Below are positions 27,048 through 36,495 of a DNA stretch of 64,000 nt, piece after piece. The translations under genes and the position numbers were made by a program. Location of the stretch: assembly GCA_041753535.1 (NCBI GenBank), contig JBGSUB010000067.1, positions 138,017 to 202,016 of the forward strand, read 5' to 3'. The first letter of the stretch is position 1, and each line of letters starts with the position of its first letter. Below the pieces are notes generated by a model. It was not told the origin of the DNA, did no database searches, and saw only the letters and a program-made list of their open reading frames with translations. This DNA is from Lentimicrobiaceae bacterium. Lineage in GTDB: Bacteria; Bacteroidota; Bacteroidia; Bacteroidales; UBA4417.

Positions 27048-28295
27048 TTAAAGTTTTTCTGATTTGTACATTAAATCAACTTCAGCAGCAGTAATTGCTT
27101 TGTTGAATATCCTAACGTCATCGAGTTGACCCTTAAAGTGGTTAGCACCAGGGATTTCATATCCGCCCCATGGTTCGGTATCCCACATGGTTCCTGCTCT
27201 TGACTGAATAAATCCGAATGCAAGTTCGTTAACAACATCAGGTGCTTTTCCGCCATACAACAAGCCGGTAACTTTTACCCATTTGTCGGTAACCGGCCAC
27301 AAATTGAAATCCTGTGATTTAACTGCTTCGCCGTTCATATAGATGGTACCTACGCGGGTAGTGCTGTTGTATGTACAAACTACATGAGCCCAAGTGTCTT
27401 TCAGAAGGCTTGGTATTCCGCCTGAACCGGTCATGTCTTTGTTAACAGTCCAGCCTTGCCAGCCTCCGTTATCTTTAGTTTTACCGTCGCCATTCCACCA
27501 GTTGTCAGTGAAAATAGCTGTATCGCCACCTCCCTGGTAAGAATATGCTGCTGCTAATTTGCAGTTAGTGAAGTCACCGGCTATTTCGAACTGGAATCCG
27601 TAGAAAGCACCAAGACCCATTACGAAATGTCCTTTATCCTGCGATAATGCTTTTACCCAGAAACTTAAAGTGAAATCAGGATTCATAAGCTGATCGCCAT
27701 TCGGAATTTCAATAATGCTTGAAGTTCCGTTGAATGTAGCAGCTTTACCGGCGGCGGTGCTGTGGGAAGCTGTGTAAGTAACAGCAACCGTAGCACTTGC
27801 ATTGAACGATCCTACCTGATCATTTGCATTATCTTCGAAATTCCACCATGCAATTTGTCCTGACGGGGCAAATGTTCCAATGGTGGTAAATGTTCTTTCC
27901 AACGCTGTAAGTGCTTGTCCTTCAGTTGATTTAATGGATGCAGCAAAATTTAGTTTGAAAAGTGCTCCACTTGCTAAAACTTCGTTAGGAACTATGGTAA
28001 TCTTATTATCAGCAACAGTAACAGTCAGAGGAATTGCGGTATTGTCGTAATTTCTCATCATAGTGATACTTGAATTGTTGGCTGTAGCGGCATCAACACT
28101 AGTAGTGAAGGTTGCAACAATTGTTGGATCAACAGAAACGTTACTCGGAGCCACTGCGCCATTCATATCAATGTCGTCTGCTACGAGAGTTTGAAGAGTA
28201 AGAGCTGTTGGATCATCATCTTTACAGCTGTTCATTCCGGCAAGTAATACTACGGCCAGAATAAGTGTACTTAAATAAGCAATCTTGTTTTTCAT
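27048..28295 (-). CDS. Surface lipoprotein with Ig-like + LamG/concanavalin-A-like lectin domain (SusE/F-position surface glycan-binding protein candidate)
   Basis: 415 aa. Lipobox LLAGMNSC. Big_5-like N-module. LamG_3-type C-terminus (..FKGQLDDVRIFNKAITAAEVDLMY). Sits immediately downstream of susD. Confidence 0.75.
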   Translation of the reverse strand: MKNKIAYLSTLILAVVLLAGMNSCKDDDPTALTLQTLVADDIDMNGAVAPSNVSVDPTIVATFTTSVDAATANNSSITMMRNYDNTAIPLTVTVADNKITIVPNEVLASGALFKLNFAASIKSTEGQALTALERTFTTIGTFAPSGQIAWWNFEDNANDQVGSFNASATVAVTYTASHSTAAGKAATFNGTSSIIEIPNGDQLMNPDFTLSFWVKALSQDKGHFVMGLGAFYGFQFEIAGDFTNCKLAAAYSYQGGGDTAIFTDNWWNGDGKTKDNGGWQGWTVNKDMTGSGGIPSLLKDTWAHVVCTYNSTTRVGTIYMNGEAVKSQDFNLWPVTDKWVKVTGLLYGGKAPDVVNELAFGFIQSRAGTMWDTEPWGGYEIPGANHFKGQLDDVRIFNKAITAAEVDLMYKSEKL

Positions 28296-28340
28296 AGGTT
28301 GATTTTAATTAAGGGTTTGACATTATTGATTTGAAGTTAT

Positions 28341-29828
28341 TTACCAATTTGGATTTTGAGTTAATGAGCCTTGCGAAATATCAATTTCACTTTGTGGTAT
28401 GGGTAAGAGCTCGTGCTGACCGGTTACAAAGCCATACGGACCTAATACCAGAGTTGCTTTTCCGGTACGCACCAGATCCCAGAACCTTTGCCCTTCCAGA
28501 GCAAGTTCATGGCGGCGCTCAGTCAGAATAAGATCGCGTAATAAAGTTTTATCTGTAGTTGTAACATCAGGTAATATGGCAGAGTTTCCTTCGCGGGCAC
28601 GCTCACGGACCTTGTTCAGATGTATTAACGCATCATCTGGCTTATTATTCTCATTGAGAGCTTCAGCAGCCATTAATAATACATCAGCATAGCGAATGAT
28701 CCTGCGGTTGTGGTTAAATTGCGAGGGAACATCGTTGCCTGGTGTCCATACTTTGCGGTTATAACACTCAGTTTCAAGTATATTGCCATTGGCATCCGTA
28801 GTAACATCGGGTGTAAGTCCGTCGCCGGCAATTAATATTCCATCCAGAATATCTCCCAAATCGATGATTGTTCCTTTCATACGGGGATCATCAGTTTCGA
28901 ACGAGTTGCGCAGGTTCGGTGTCGGCCGGTTAAATCCCCAACCTCTGTTTGGAGTGCCTCTCACACCCTGAACATTGGCATACTGATTGCCAGCTTCAGC
29001 TTCTACTCCAAGTGCACCAATTTCAAAAACTGATTCGATGCCGTGTTCTCCGTTAACCCCGTTGGCATCAGTAAACACCGGCTCTAATCCATACGTCCCG
29101 GGAGTGATCACTTCCAAAGCATATTTTTCTGCATTGGAGAAATCGCCTTTAAAAAGATAAACCTTTGCCAGCAAAGCTTTTGCTGCCCCTTTTGTTGCTC
29201 TGCCAAGTTCTGTTGTTGGAATTTCGCTTTTTTCAGTAAGATCAGGAATGGCAGCGAGCAGATCCGATTCAATTTGTAAGTAAATATCTTCCTTCGAAGA
29301 ACGTTCGAGTTTTAAAGGAGGATTGAGAGCTGTTACAAGCGGAACACCTCCCCATGCTCTTACGAGGTCAAAATAGTAAAGGGCACGCAGAAATTTCGCT
29401 TCAGCAATGTACCTGTTCCTGAGAGTGACATCCATTTCTATAGCAGGTACCTTTTCAATCACCACGTTGGTTCTTTTGATCCCTTCATAAAGTGTTGACC
29501 ACCAAGAAGCGAGTTCACTTCCAGTGGTAGTGAACCCAAAATTGTCGTAAGGTCCTATTGTCGATGCCTGATCGTTCGGATTGCTGCCTTTTCGGGCATC
29601 ATCCGACATAATATCGAGCAAAGGAAAAGTTCCGGAGTGATAGCCAACATTACGTAATGTTGAATAGGCAGCATTTGTTGCCAGCAGTGCATCTGATGAA
29701 GAAACAGGGAATGTGTTCTGCGTTAGGTCACCCTGTGGCTCCTTATCAAGGAAAGTTTCACATCCTGATAATATAATTGCAAGAGAAACTGCCAGAGCCG
29801 AAAAGTATGTTTCTATATTGGTTTTCAT
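28341..29828 (-). CDS. SusD/RagB-family nutrient-binding outer-membrane lipoprotein
   Basis: 495 aa. Lipobox IILSGC. TPR-like SusD pattern (AEAKFLRALYYFDLVRAWGGVP, RYADVLLMAAEA, ERRHELALEGQRFWDLVR). Only 5 nt after susC. Confidence 0.92.
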   Translation of the reverse strand: MKTNIETYFSALAVSLAIILSGCETFLDKEPQGDLTQNTFPVSSSDALLATNAAYSTLRNVGYHSGTFPLLDIMSDDARKGSNPNDQASTIGPYDNFGFTTTGSELASWWSTLYEGIKRTNVVIEKVPAIEMDVTLRNRYIAEAKFLRALYYFDLVRAWGGVPLVTALNPPLKLERSSKEDIYLQIESDLLAAIPDLTEKSEIPTTELGRATKGAAKALLAKVYLFKGDFSNAEKYALEVITPGTYGLEPVFTDANGVNGEHGIESVFEIGALGVEAEAGNQYANVQGVRGTPNRGWGFNRPTPNLRNSFETDDPRMKGTIIDLGDILDGILIAGDGLTPDVTTDANGNILETECYNRKVWTPGNDVPSQFNHNRRIIRYADVLLMAAEALNENNKPDDALIHLNKVRERAREGNSAILPDVTTTDKTLLRDLILTERRHELALEGQRFWDLVRTGKATLVLGPYGFVTGQHELLPIPQSEIDISQGSLTQNPNW

Positions 29829-29833
29829 GTCCG

Positions 29834-32800
29834 TTAAAATGTTAAGTTTATACCAAAGGAATAAATCGCACTGATCGGATATATACCGGTATCAATACCG
29901 TTTGACAGTACATCGTTGCTGCCGATTTCGGGAGTATAACCTGTGAATTTGGATAAAGTGTAAATGTTGTTTCCCTTGATATACAAGCGGCATTGCTGCA
30001 TATGAATTTTATCGCTTATAACTTTTGGCAATGAATAGCCCAAAACAAGACTCCGCAGCCTTACAAACGATCCGTCCTGTATATATTTATCAGATGGAAT
30101 GTAGTTATAACCGCCGAATGTTGCTCTTGGTTCGCTATTGCTGGTTCCCGGACCGGTCCATCTATCCATAACGTGTTGTTCAAAATTGTAGGCATCAGGG
30201 CGCACAATTTCTTTGCCATTAAATATTTTATTCCCGGTTTGTCCCTGAATATTGAAAGAAAAGTCAAAATTATGGTAGGTGAGTTCCACGTTTAAACCAA
30301 AAATCATTTTTGGTATCGGGGAACCCAGGTCAGTTCTGTCATTTCCATCTATTACATTATCACCGTTAACGTCAACACGGCGAAGATCACCCACCTGGGC
30401 GTCACTTGTGTGCGGATATGCAGCAAGTTCATCCTGTGATTGGAAAATTCCATCGGTTTTATAACCCCAGAAGGAGCCTATCGGCAATCCTTCACGGCTT
30501 TGAGTTACATAACCATAAACATTTCCGCCAAAAAGTAATGAATCGATACCACTGTTGCCACCAACACTTAGTACTTCATTCTTGATAGTCGAAGCCAGAA
30601 TTCCAACACTGTAGCCTAATTCACCGATTTTGTCTCGCCAGTTGATATTCGCTTCCAAACCACTGTTAAGCACTTCACCTGCATTATAAGTAATTCGTTG
30701 TCCTTGCCCGTTGCCCAGATAACCGGGGGTAGAGAGCTCTACCAGGATATCATCGGTAATGCGTTGATAATAGTCAAATTCACCGGTAAGTCTGTCATTA
30801 AGCATGCCTATTTCCAGTCCTATATCTGTTTGGGTTGTTGTTTCCCATACAAGATCAGGGTTACCGCTTTTGGCATATGAAACTGCAGGGTATTGAATAT
30901 CTCCCTGTCCGAAAACAGCCATCAGGTTTTGAGTTAACGAAAACCGGTTTGTATACGCAATCTTTTCATTTCCTATCTTACCCCAGCTGGCGCGAAGTTT
31001 CAGTTTGTTTACTGTTGAGATACTTTGCATGAACTCTTCCTGAGATATATTCCATCCGGCTGCAAATGAAGGGAAATTACTGTAACGGTTTTCAACAGCA
31101 AATTTCGATGAACCATCGCGGCGGAAAGTGGCAGTAAGAATATATTTGTTGTTATAGGTATAGTTAGCCCGGAAAAGGTACGATAACATTGAATAGTACT
31201 GGTGCATATCAACACCGTTACTGAAATTGCCGTTTATTCCGCTGCCGAATAGATTGTTGTATTGCAAGTACCAGAAATCTTCGCCATCACGGATAATATT
31301 TTCACCTGAAGCATTCATGTATTCGGAAGTGGTATTCTGCATAGTATATCCTGCTACAGCATTGATTGAATGTTTTTCGATAACTTTACTATAGGTGAGC
31401 GTGTTTTCCCACAACCAGGTAAGGTTTTCAGATGTTCCTTTCGATAGGCTGCTTTTGGTATGTTTCTGAAGCGATTCAGTGCCATCATAGTAAAATACTG
31501 TATAGGCCGGTGAGAAGTTCTCATTTTTATTATAACCAGCATCAATACCAAAACTTGATTTTGCGGTAAATCCATCGAGGAAAGCTGCTTCAACAAATAA
31601 ATTTCCTACAGCTCGTAATCCTTTATTGAAACTGTTGTTGTATTCAATATCAGCAAGCGGATTGCCTACTCCCGGAACTCCTGCATAGCTTCCGTCAGCC
31701 CGGTATGGCTCAAGAGTTGGCCATGCACGGTAAACCTGAAAAGTAACTCCCGGTTCGTTTTGTTGCTTATAAGGGGAGATAGTAATATTATTTCCGAATT
31801 TGAAATGATTCGTCAGGTTGTATGTATTGTTGAATTTTAATGTAATGCGCTCGTAACCTGACTTGTCAACAATACCTTTCTGATTAAAATAACCGATACC
31901 TATATAATACTGTGTCTTTTTGGAAGATCCCCATGCTGACAGCTGATGATTGTTGATAGGTGTCGGGTTGAAAATAAGATCCTGCCAGTCGGTATTGGGA
32001 ACTGCATCAATATTATTGTAACTCGGATCACCGGGTATTTCGTTGGCAATAGTGGCAAATTCCTTTCCGTCGAGCAGATCAATCTGTTTAGCCAGATTTT
32101 GAATGCTGTACTCACCCGAATAGCTGAAATTGGTCTTCTCTTCACCTATAGTCCCGCTTTTAGTTGTGATAAGGATTACACCGTTTGCTCCCCGGGAACC
32201 ATACATTGCCGTTGCAGAAGCATCTTTTAATATTTCCATGGATTCAATATCGGCAGTATTCAGGAATGAAATATTATCTAAAATCACGCCGTCAACAACA
32301 TAAATAGGGGAGGAGTTATTAAAAGTTCCCACACCACGTATCCTTACTGAAGGAGTGGCACCGGGAGCTCCTGATGTGCTGGTAACCTGCACACCGGCGG
32401 CTTTCCCTTGTAAGCTTTGCTCCGCATTCAGCGAAGTGACTTTGGTGAGTTCCTTAGCCTTTACTGAACCAACTGAACCGGTGAGGTCACTTTTACGAAC
32501 AGTACCGTAACCGATTACTACCAACTCCGAGAGCATGACTTTGCTCGGCTCAAGCTCAATATTAAAGATGCTAAGAGTCCCAATTGCAACTTCCTGTGTT
32601 TCATAACCTACAAAGGAAATGGTTAAAATGGCATCAGTCGGATTAACTTCCAACGTAAATTTGCCGTCAATATCCGTTGATGTTCCCCTGCTGGTTCCTT
32701 TAATCGCTATTGTTGCACCTGGCAAAGTTTCCTTTGTGTCGGCAGCAGTGATAAGCCCTGTTACAGGTCTTGTCTGTGCAAATGATTGAACTGCAGAACC

Positions 32801-32875
32801 AAAGAATAGCAAAAGAATTAATGCTATTGCCCGGAAAGCAATTTTTAAATGATCTGATCGTAAAGTTTTCATCAT
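29834..32875 (-). CDS. SusC/RagA-family TonB-dependent transporter
   Basis: 1013 aa. Signal peptide, CarboxypepD_reg domain (VTGLITAADTKETLPGATIAIKG), TonB-box/plug region (ELVVIGYGTVRKSDLTGSV, ILKDASATAMYGSRGANGVILITTK), terminal ..FGINLTF. Confidence 0.93.
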   Translation of the reverse strand: MMKTLRSDHLKIAFRAIALILLLFFGSAVQSFAQTRPVTGLITAADTKETLPGATIAIKGTSRGTSTDIDGKFTLEVNPTDAILTISFVGYETQEVAIGTLSIFNIELEPSKVMLSELVVIGYGTVRKSDLTGSVGSVKAKELTKVTSLNAEQSLQGKAAGVQVTSTSGAPGATPSVRIRGVGTFNNSSPIYVVDGVILDNISFLNTADIESMEILKDASATAMYGSRGANGVILITTKSGTIGEEKTNFSYSGEYSIQNLAKQIDLLDGKEFATIANEIPGDPSYNNIDAVPNTDWQDLIFNPTPINNHQLSAWGSSKKTQYYIGIGYFNQKGIVDKSGYERITLKFNNTYNLTNHFKFGNNITISPYKQQNEPGVTFQVYRAWPTLEPYRADGSYAGVPGVGNPLADIEYNNSFNKGLRAVGNLFVEAAFLDGFTAKSSFGIDAGYNKNENFSPAYTVFYYDGTESLQKHTKSSLSKGTSENLTWLWENTLTYSKVIEKHSINAVAGYTMQNTTSEYMNASGENIIRDGEDFWYLQYNNLFGSGINGNFSNGVDMHQYYSMLSYLFRANYTYNNKYILTATFRRDGSSKFAVENRYSNFPSFAAGWNISQEEFMQSISTVNKLKLRASWGKIGNEKIAYTNRFSLTQNLMAVFGQGDIQYPAVSYAKSGNPDLVWETTTQTDIGLEIGMLNDRLTGEFDYYQRITDDILVELSTPGYLGNGQGQRITYNAGEVLNSGLEANINWRDKIGELGYSVGILASTIKNEVLSVGGNSGIDSLLFGGNVYGYVTQSREGLPIGSFWGYKTDGIFQSQDELAAYPHTSDAQVGDLRRVDVNGDNVIDGNDRTDLGSPIPKMIFGLNVELTYHNFDFSFNIQGQTGNKIFNGKEIVRPDAYNFEQHVMDRWTGPGTSNSEPRATFGGYNYIPSDKYIQDGSFVRLRSLVLGYSLPKVISDKIHMQQCRLYIKGNNIYTLSKFTGYTPEIGSNDVLSNGIDTGIYPISAIYSFGINLTF

Positions 32876-33053
32876 ACTATTGGTTGTTTGGTCGGTAAAT
32901 ATGATTTGAGATTTGGTTTTTGCTATAATAATAACATGCAGAAAGCTGATTAGTTGTTAAAGTTAAGCATAAATCAGCATGATCCCAACAATTCAATTGT
33001 ACTTTTTCGCAATTTTCCTGTACAAATAAACCAGCAAAATTCTTCATATCAAA

Positions 33054-33061
33054 CAAATTTA
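33054..33061 (-). promoter_or_regulatory. Candidate -7 box (TAAATTTG) for the susC operon
   Basis: This is the only TAnnTTTG match I found on the minus strand between susC and the regulator. It is ~180 nt upstream of the susC ATG, inside a ~600-bp AT-rich spacer. Confidence 0.3.
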
Positions 33062-33472
33062 AATTCATCACTATTACTTCATTAAATATGACAGTTAAAT
33101 GCGTACCTATACAATACTACTACATTATAATTGTATGCATTTGTAATAAATTGAAAAACAATATTATAGATTCTTTTTATAATATGAATTATTTTATATT
33201 TTTTTATAGTGAAAAGCAACAATGAGAAATAAGGTATTTATGTAGAACTGATTAGATTATAAATAATATATAATAATTAGTCGTTGAAAGTAAAATTATT
33301 TATAAAGAATAGGAATACTATCATTTTTTCAATTGAGAACTACAGGAAGTCCAAAATAGAGATTGATTTGAAATCATGAAAAATCTTCTTTTGTGAAGAT
33401 AACATAATAATTATTGAACTAATCTGTTAAATGAGGTAGTGATCCGGAATAATTGTCTGAAAAGTAATTATG

Positions 33473-36319
33473 TTAAAACTGCATAATGTATTCAACCAGG
33501 TTGTCATCGCCCGAAAGTGAAAGCCTTTTGCGTAAGCGGTAGCGACGAATCTCAACTCCACGTATGGAAATATTAAGCAATGGTGCAATTTCTTTCGACG
33601 ACAGGTTCAGTTTCAGGTAAGCGCACAATTTCAGATCGCTCTGAGTAAGATCGGGAAAGGAATGTTTCAATCGTTTAAAGAAATTTTCATGAGCCTGGTC
33701 GAACAGGGCTTCAAATATTTCCCAGTCGTTATCATTCGAAATATTTTTATCAATAAGTGTAGTCAACTTCTGCAGGTAACGCGCCGGGTAACGCGGCCCG
33801 AGTTCTTCTTTCTGTTTTTCAAGTTCCTGTTTAATTTCAATCAGAACTTCATTTTTTCGTATTATCGAAATGGTTGAGTCGGCAAGTTGCATGTTTTTAT
33901 GCGAAATCTCAGCTTGTAATTTGTCATTCTGTAACTTAATAATTTCCTGCTCAGCATGTTCTTTTTCGGTCTCACGCTTTTCATCAGCAAGGCGACGAAG
34001 ATTTTCATGCTGTTTCCTTAATCGTTTCCGAAACAAATACTGGCTGAGCAGAATCCCTCCCAGAGCTATTAGAATGTAAATTATTGTAGCAGGAACAGAT
34101 GCATACCACGGTGGTTTAACACTGAATTCGATAGTTGTGGGTTCTGTTACACCACCATTCCCGCTAAGGGTGCGCACTTTAAACTTGTATTTTCCAACAG
34201 GAAGCCGTGTATATTTAGCCTGATTATTTTCCGACCAATTGCTCCATCCGGCATCTATGCCTTCGAGCAGAAATTGATAAAGTTTCTTTGAACAGGGGTT
34301 TTTCAGGGATGAAAATGAGATTGAAATATTGTTGTAGGAATTTCTTAAAGAAAATGAAGTTGATTCCAGCCCGATGTTCTGCATTTCGCCATCTGCATTG
34401 CTGCATACAAATTCACGAAAAACCACTATCGGATCGGCTGCTCCTGTTTTTAGAAAGGTACGGTTAAATATAGCAAAACCATTATCAAGACATATTAAAT
34501 GCTGATACTCGTTTAAGGGGACAACATTCTCGTATCCATCTACTAAGCTTACTTTATACTGAGGAAGAATCAGCCGGTATTGGATTTCAGCTTTATTCCC
34601 GGAAATACTAAAAATAGCAGCTTCATCTCTGGTAACAAACCAATAGTTGTTTTCATCAATCCCCGAAATAAATGAAGCTGCCTGGAATCCATCCAACTTG
34701 TTGTTTAAATCGGAATAGGGGATTATTCTTTGATTCAGATCATCCCAGGTAAACAACTCACTTCCATTTGAAAATACTACCCGGTTGGCTATTTTGTAAA
34801 CCCGGATATTAAAGTCGGATGGCAAGCCGTCCTTTACCCCGTAAATGTATTTTTCTTTAACACTATCAAGTTTTGCCGATAGTCGTAGCCGGTACAATCC
34901 TTTTACAGCATGGCCTATCCATATATTTCCAAGGTGGTCGGCCTCAATAAAACGGGCTGGTTCAATAAATCCGTTTACCAGTTGGTGGAATTCCCAAGTG
35001 TTCCCTTTTTTTCTATAGATTACAAGATTTGAATACGTGCTTTGGATCAGAAATTCATCTCCTTTCAGATTGATTTTCTGGATCATATACCCACCACTCA
35101 CGTTCGATATCATCCGTAGTGAATTGTTATCGATCATGTAAGTTCCGCTTGTATGTCCGCAGAATAGTTCACCGTCAATTTCTTTGAGTTGCCATACCTG
35201 CCCTTGCGAATTCTTCAGAAAACCTTTGTAAATAAAGCGTTCACCAACTTCTGAGTATGTAAATATTCCACGGTTTGTACCCACAAATAAAGTGCCTTTC
35301 CAGAGAGCAGCAGTATAAACAGCGCCAAAAGCGTCGTTCCTTGCCGGGTATATTTCTACTGGGCTGGGAATGGTGATATTATCAACACCATTATCAAGCC
35401 CTACCCATATTCCTTGATTGTTATCGTTGCAAAGAGCCAGTACAGTATTATTCTGAAGGTCGTTTTCGCTGTTCAGATGGTTCAGTATTCTGCCATTGGT
35501 ATCAAGAATGAATAGCCCTTTTACTATGGTTCCGAAAACGATTTTATTGTCGAAAATTATCCCGTTATTGATCTGGAATTCCTTAAATAACGAATTAGCT
35601 TCTGTATTCCAGGGCGTTATGGTTTTTCCATCAAGGACAAACACCCCTTTTGAGGAAGTCCCAAGCAGAAACATGCCTTTTCTGTAGGGAAGTATTGTCC
35701 TTACTTCGGTTCCGGTTAAAACGCTGCTGTTACCAATGCTGATAAATTTATCGTTAATGATTTCGTACAATGTACCTTGAACTGCTTGTGCAAAAAGCCT
35801 GTTTCCGGCTTTTAAAAGGAACACTATAGTTCCCGGCAGTTGTATTGATTTTACAGTTTTGTGATCGTAAACAAACAAGCATGAAAATCCCTGGAAATAA
35901 ACTTTGTTTCCCAACTCAACAATTTTCCATATTTCATGATTGTGTAGATCGGGATTGTTCAGCAAGGGTACAAGTGAATAGTATTTCAATCCTTTTACTG
36001 CATCCTTTTTCCAGTATCCGAAATCTTCGTGTGAACCGGTGTAGATCAAATCGTCTTGACTACATGCAACTGAACGTAGTATCGTTCGCGAAGGGAGAGG
36101 AAATATTTTCCAGTTAACACCATCATAAACCATCAGCCCTTTATTGTTGGCAACATATACAAAGCCCTGCTTGTCCATATCCACCGACCAGTTCTGGCTT
36201 CCGGCGGCATACTGGTTGCGCGAATATTGAGTAACATGGTAGGAAGTCTGTGCCACAGTTATATTATGTGGAAAACAGAAAATGCTGCAGATAAAAAATG
36301 ATATAAAGGCCGTTCTCAT
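33473..36319 (-). CDS. Membrane-anchored one-component regulator: periplasmic beta-propeller/Y_Y_Y sensor + single TM + coiled coil + LuxR/GerE HTH
   Basis: 948 aa. Signal peptide. Repeated propeller-like segments (WVGLDNG, IWIGHAVKGLY). Y_Y_Y-like region (YQFLLEGIDAGWSNW.., KYKFKVR). TM helix VPATIIYILIALGGILLSQYLF. 185-aa cytoplasmic tail ending in the HTH LTQSDLKLCAYLKLNLSSKEIAPLLNISIRGVEIRRYRLRKRL. No HisKA, HATPase or REC motifs seen. Confidence 0.8.
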   Translation of the reverse strand: MRTAFISFFICSIFCFPHNITVAQTSYHVTQYSRNQYAAGSQNWSVDMDKQGFVYVANNKGLMVYDGVNWKIFPLPSRTILRSVACSQDDLIYTGSHEDFGYWKKDAVKGLKYYSLVPLLNNPDLHNHEIWKIVELGNKVYFQGFSCLFVYDHKTVKSIQLPGTIVFLLKAGNRLFAQAVQGTLYEIINDKFISIGNSSVLTGTEVRTILPYRKGMFLLGTSSKGVFVLDGKTITPWNTEANSLFKEFQINNGIIFDNKIVFGTIVKGLFILDTNGRILNHLNSENDLQNNTVLALCNDNNQGIWVGLDNGVDNITIPSPVEIYPARNDAFGAVYTAALWKGTLFVGTNRGIFTYSEVGERFIYKGFLKNSQGQVWQLKEIDGELFCGHTSGTYMIDNNSLRMISNVSGGYMIQKINLKGDEFLIQSTYSNLVIYRKKGNTWEFHQLVNGFIEPARFIEADHLGNIWIGHAVKGLYRLRLSAKLDSVKEKYIYGVKDGLPSDFNIRVYKIANRVVFSNGSELFTWDDLNQRIIPYSDLNNKLDGFQAASFISGIDENNYWFVTRDEAAIFSISGNKAEIQYRLILPQYKVSLVDGYENVVPLNEYQHLICLDNGFAIFNRTFLKTGAADPIVVFREFVCSNADGEMQNIGLESTSFSLRNSYNNISISFSSLKNPCSKKLYQFLLEGIDAGWSNWSENNQAKYTRLPVGKYKFKVRTLSGNGGVTEPTTIEFSVKPPWYASVPATIIYILIALGGILLSQYLFRKRLRKQHENLRRLADEKRETEKEHAEQEIIKLQNDKLQAEISHKNMQLADSTISIIRKNEVLIEIKQELEKQKEELGPRYPARYLQKLTTLIDKNISNDNDWEIFEALFDQAHENFFKRLKHSFPDLTQSDLKLCAYLKLNLSSKEIAPLLNISIRGVEIRRYRLRKRLSLSGDDNLVEYIMQF

Positions 36320-36495
36320 TCGTTTATAATTAAAGGCAATAGTTCAGATGTGTGCTGCTAAAATTAAATTATTTCTGTCTATTACAGGTGCTTTGTCATA
36401 AAAAATCGGGTGGTTATAATTTTAACCGGCTTTTCAATAAAAAAAGCCACACCAGAAAATGATGTGACTTTCTAAAAAAAATACTTTAAATATGC

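Noticed and set aside
32877-33071. 64-aa minus-strand ORF directly upstream of susC.
   Set aside because: It lies in the AT-rich promoter/leader region and has no signal peptide or motif. It would overlap the predicted susC leader, so it is probably non-coding. A leader peptide cannot be fully excluded.
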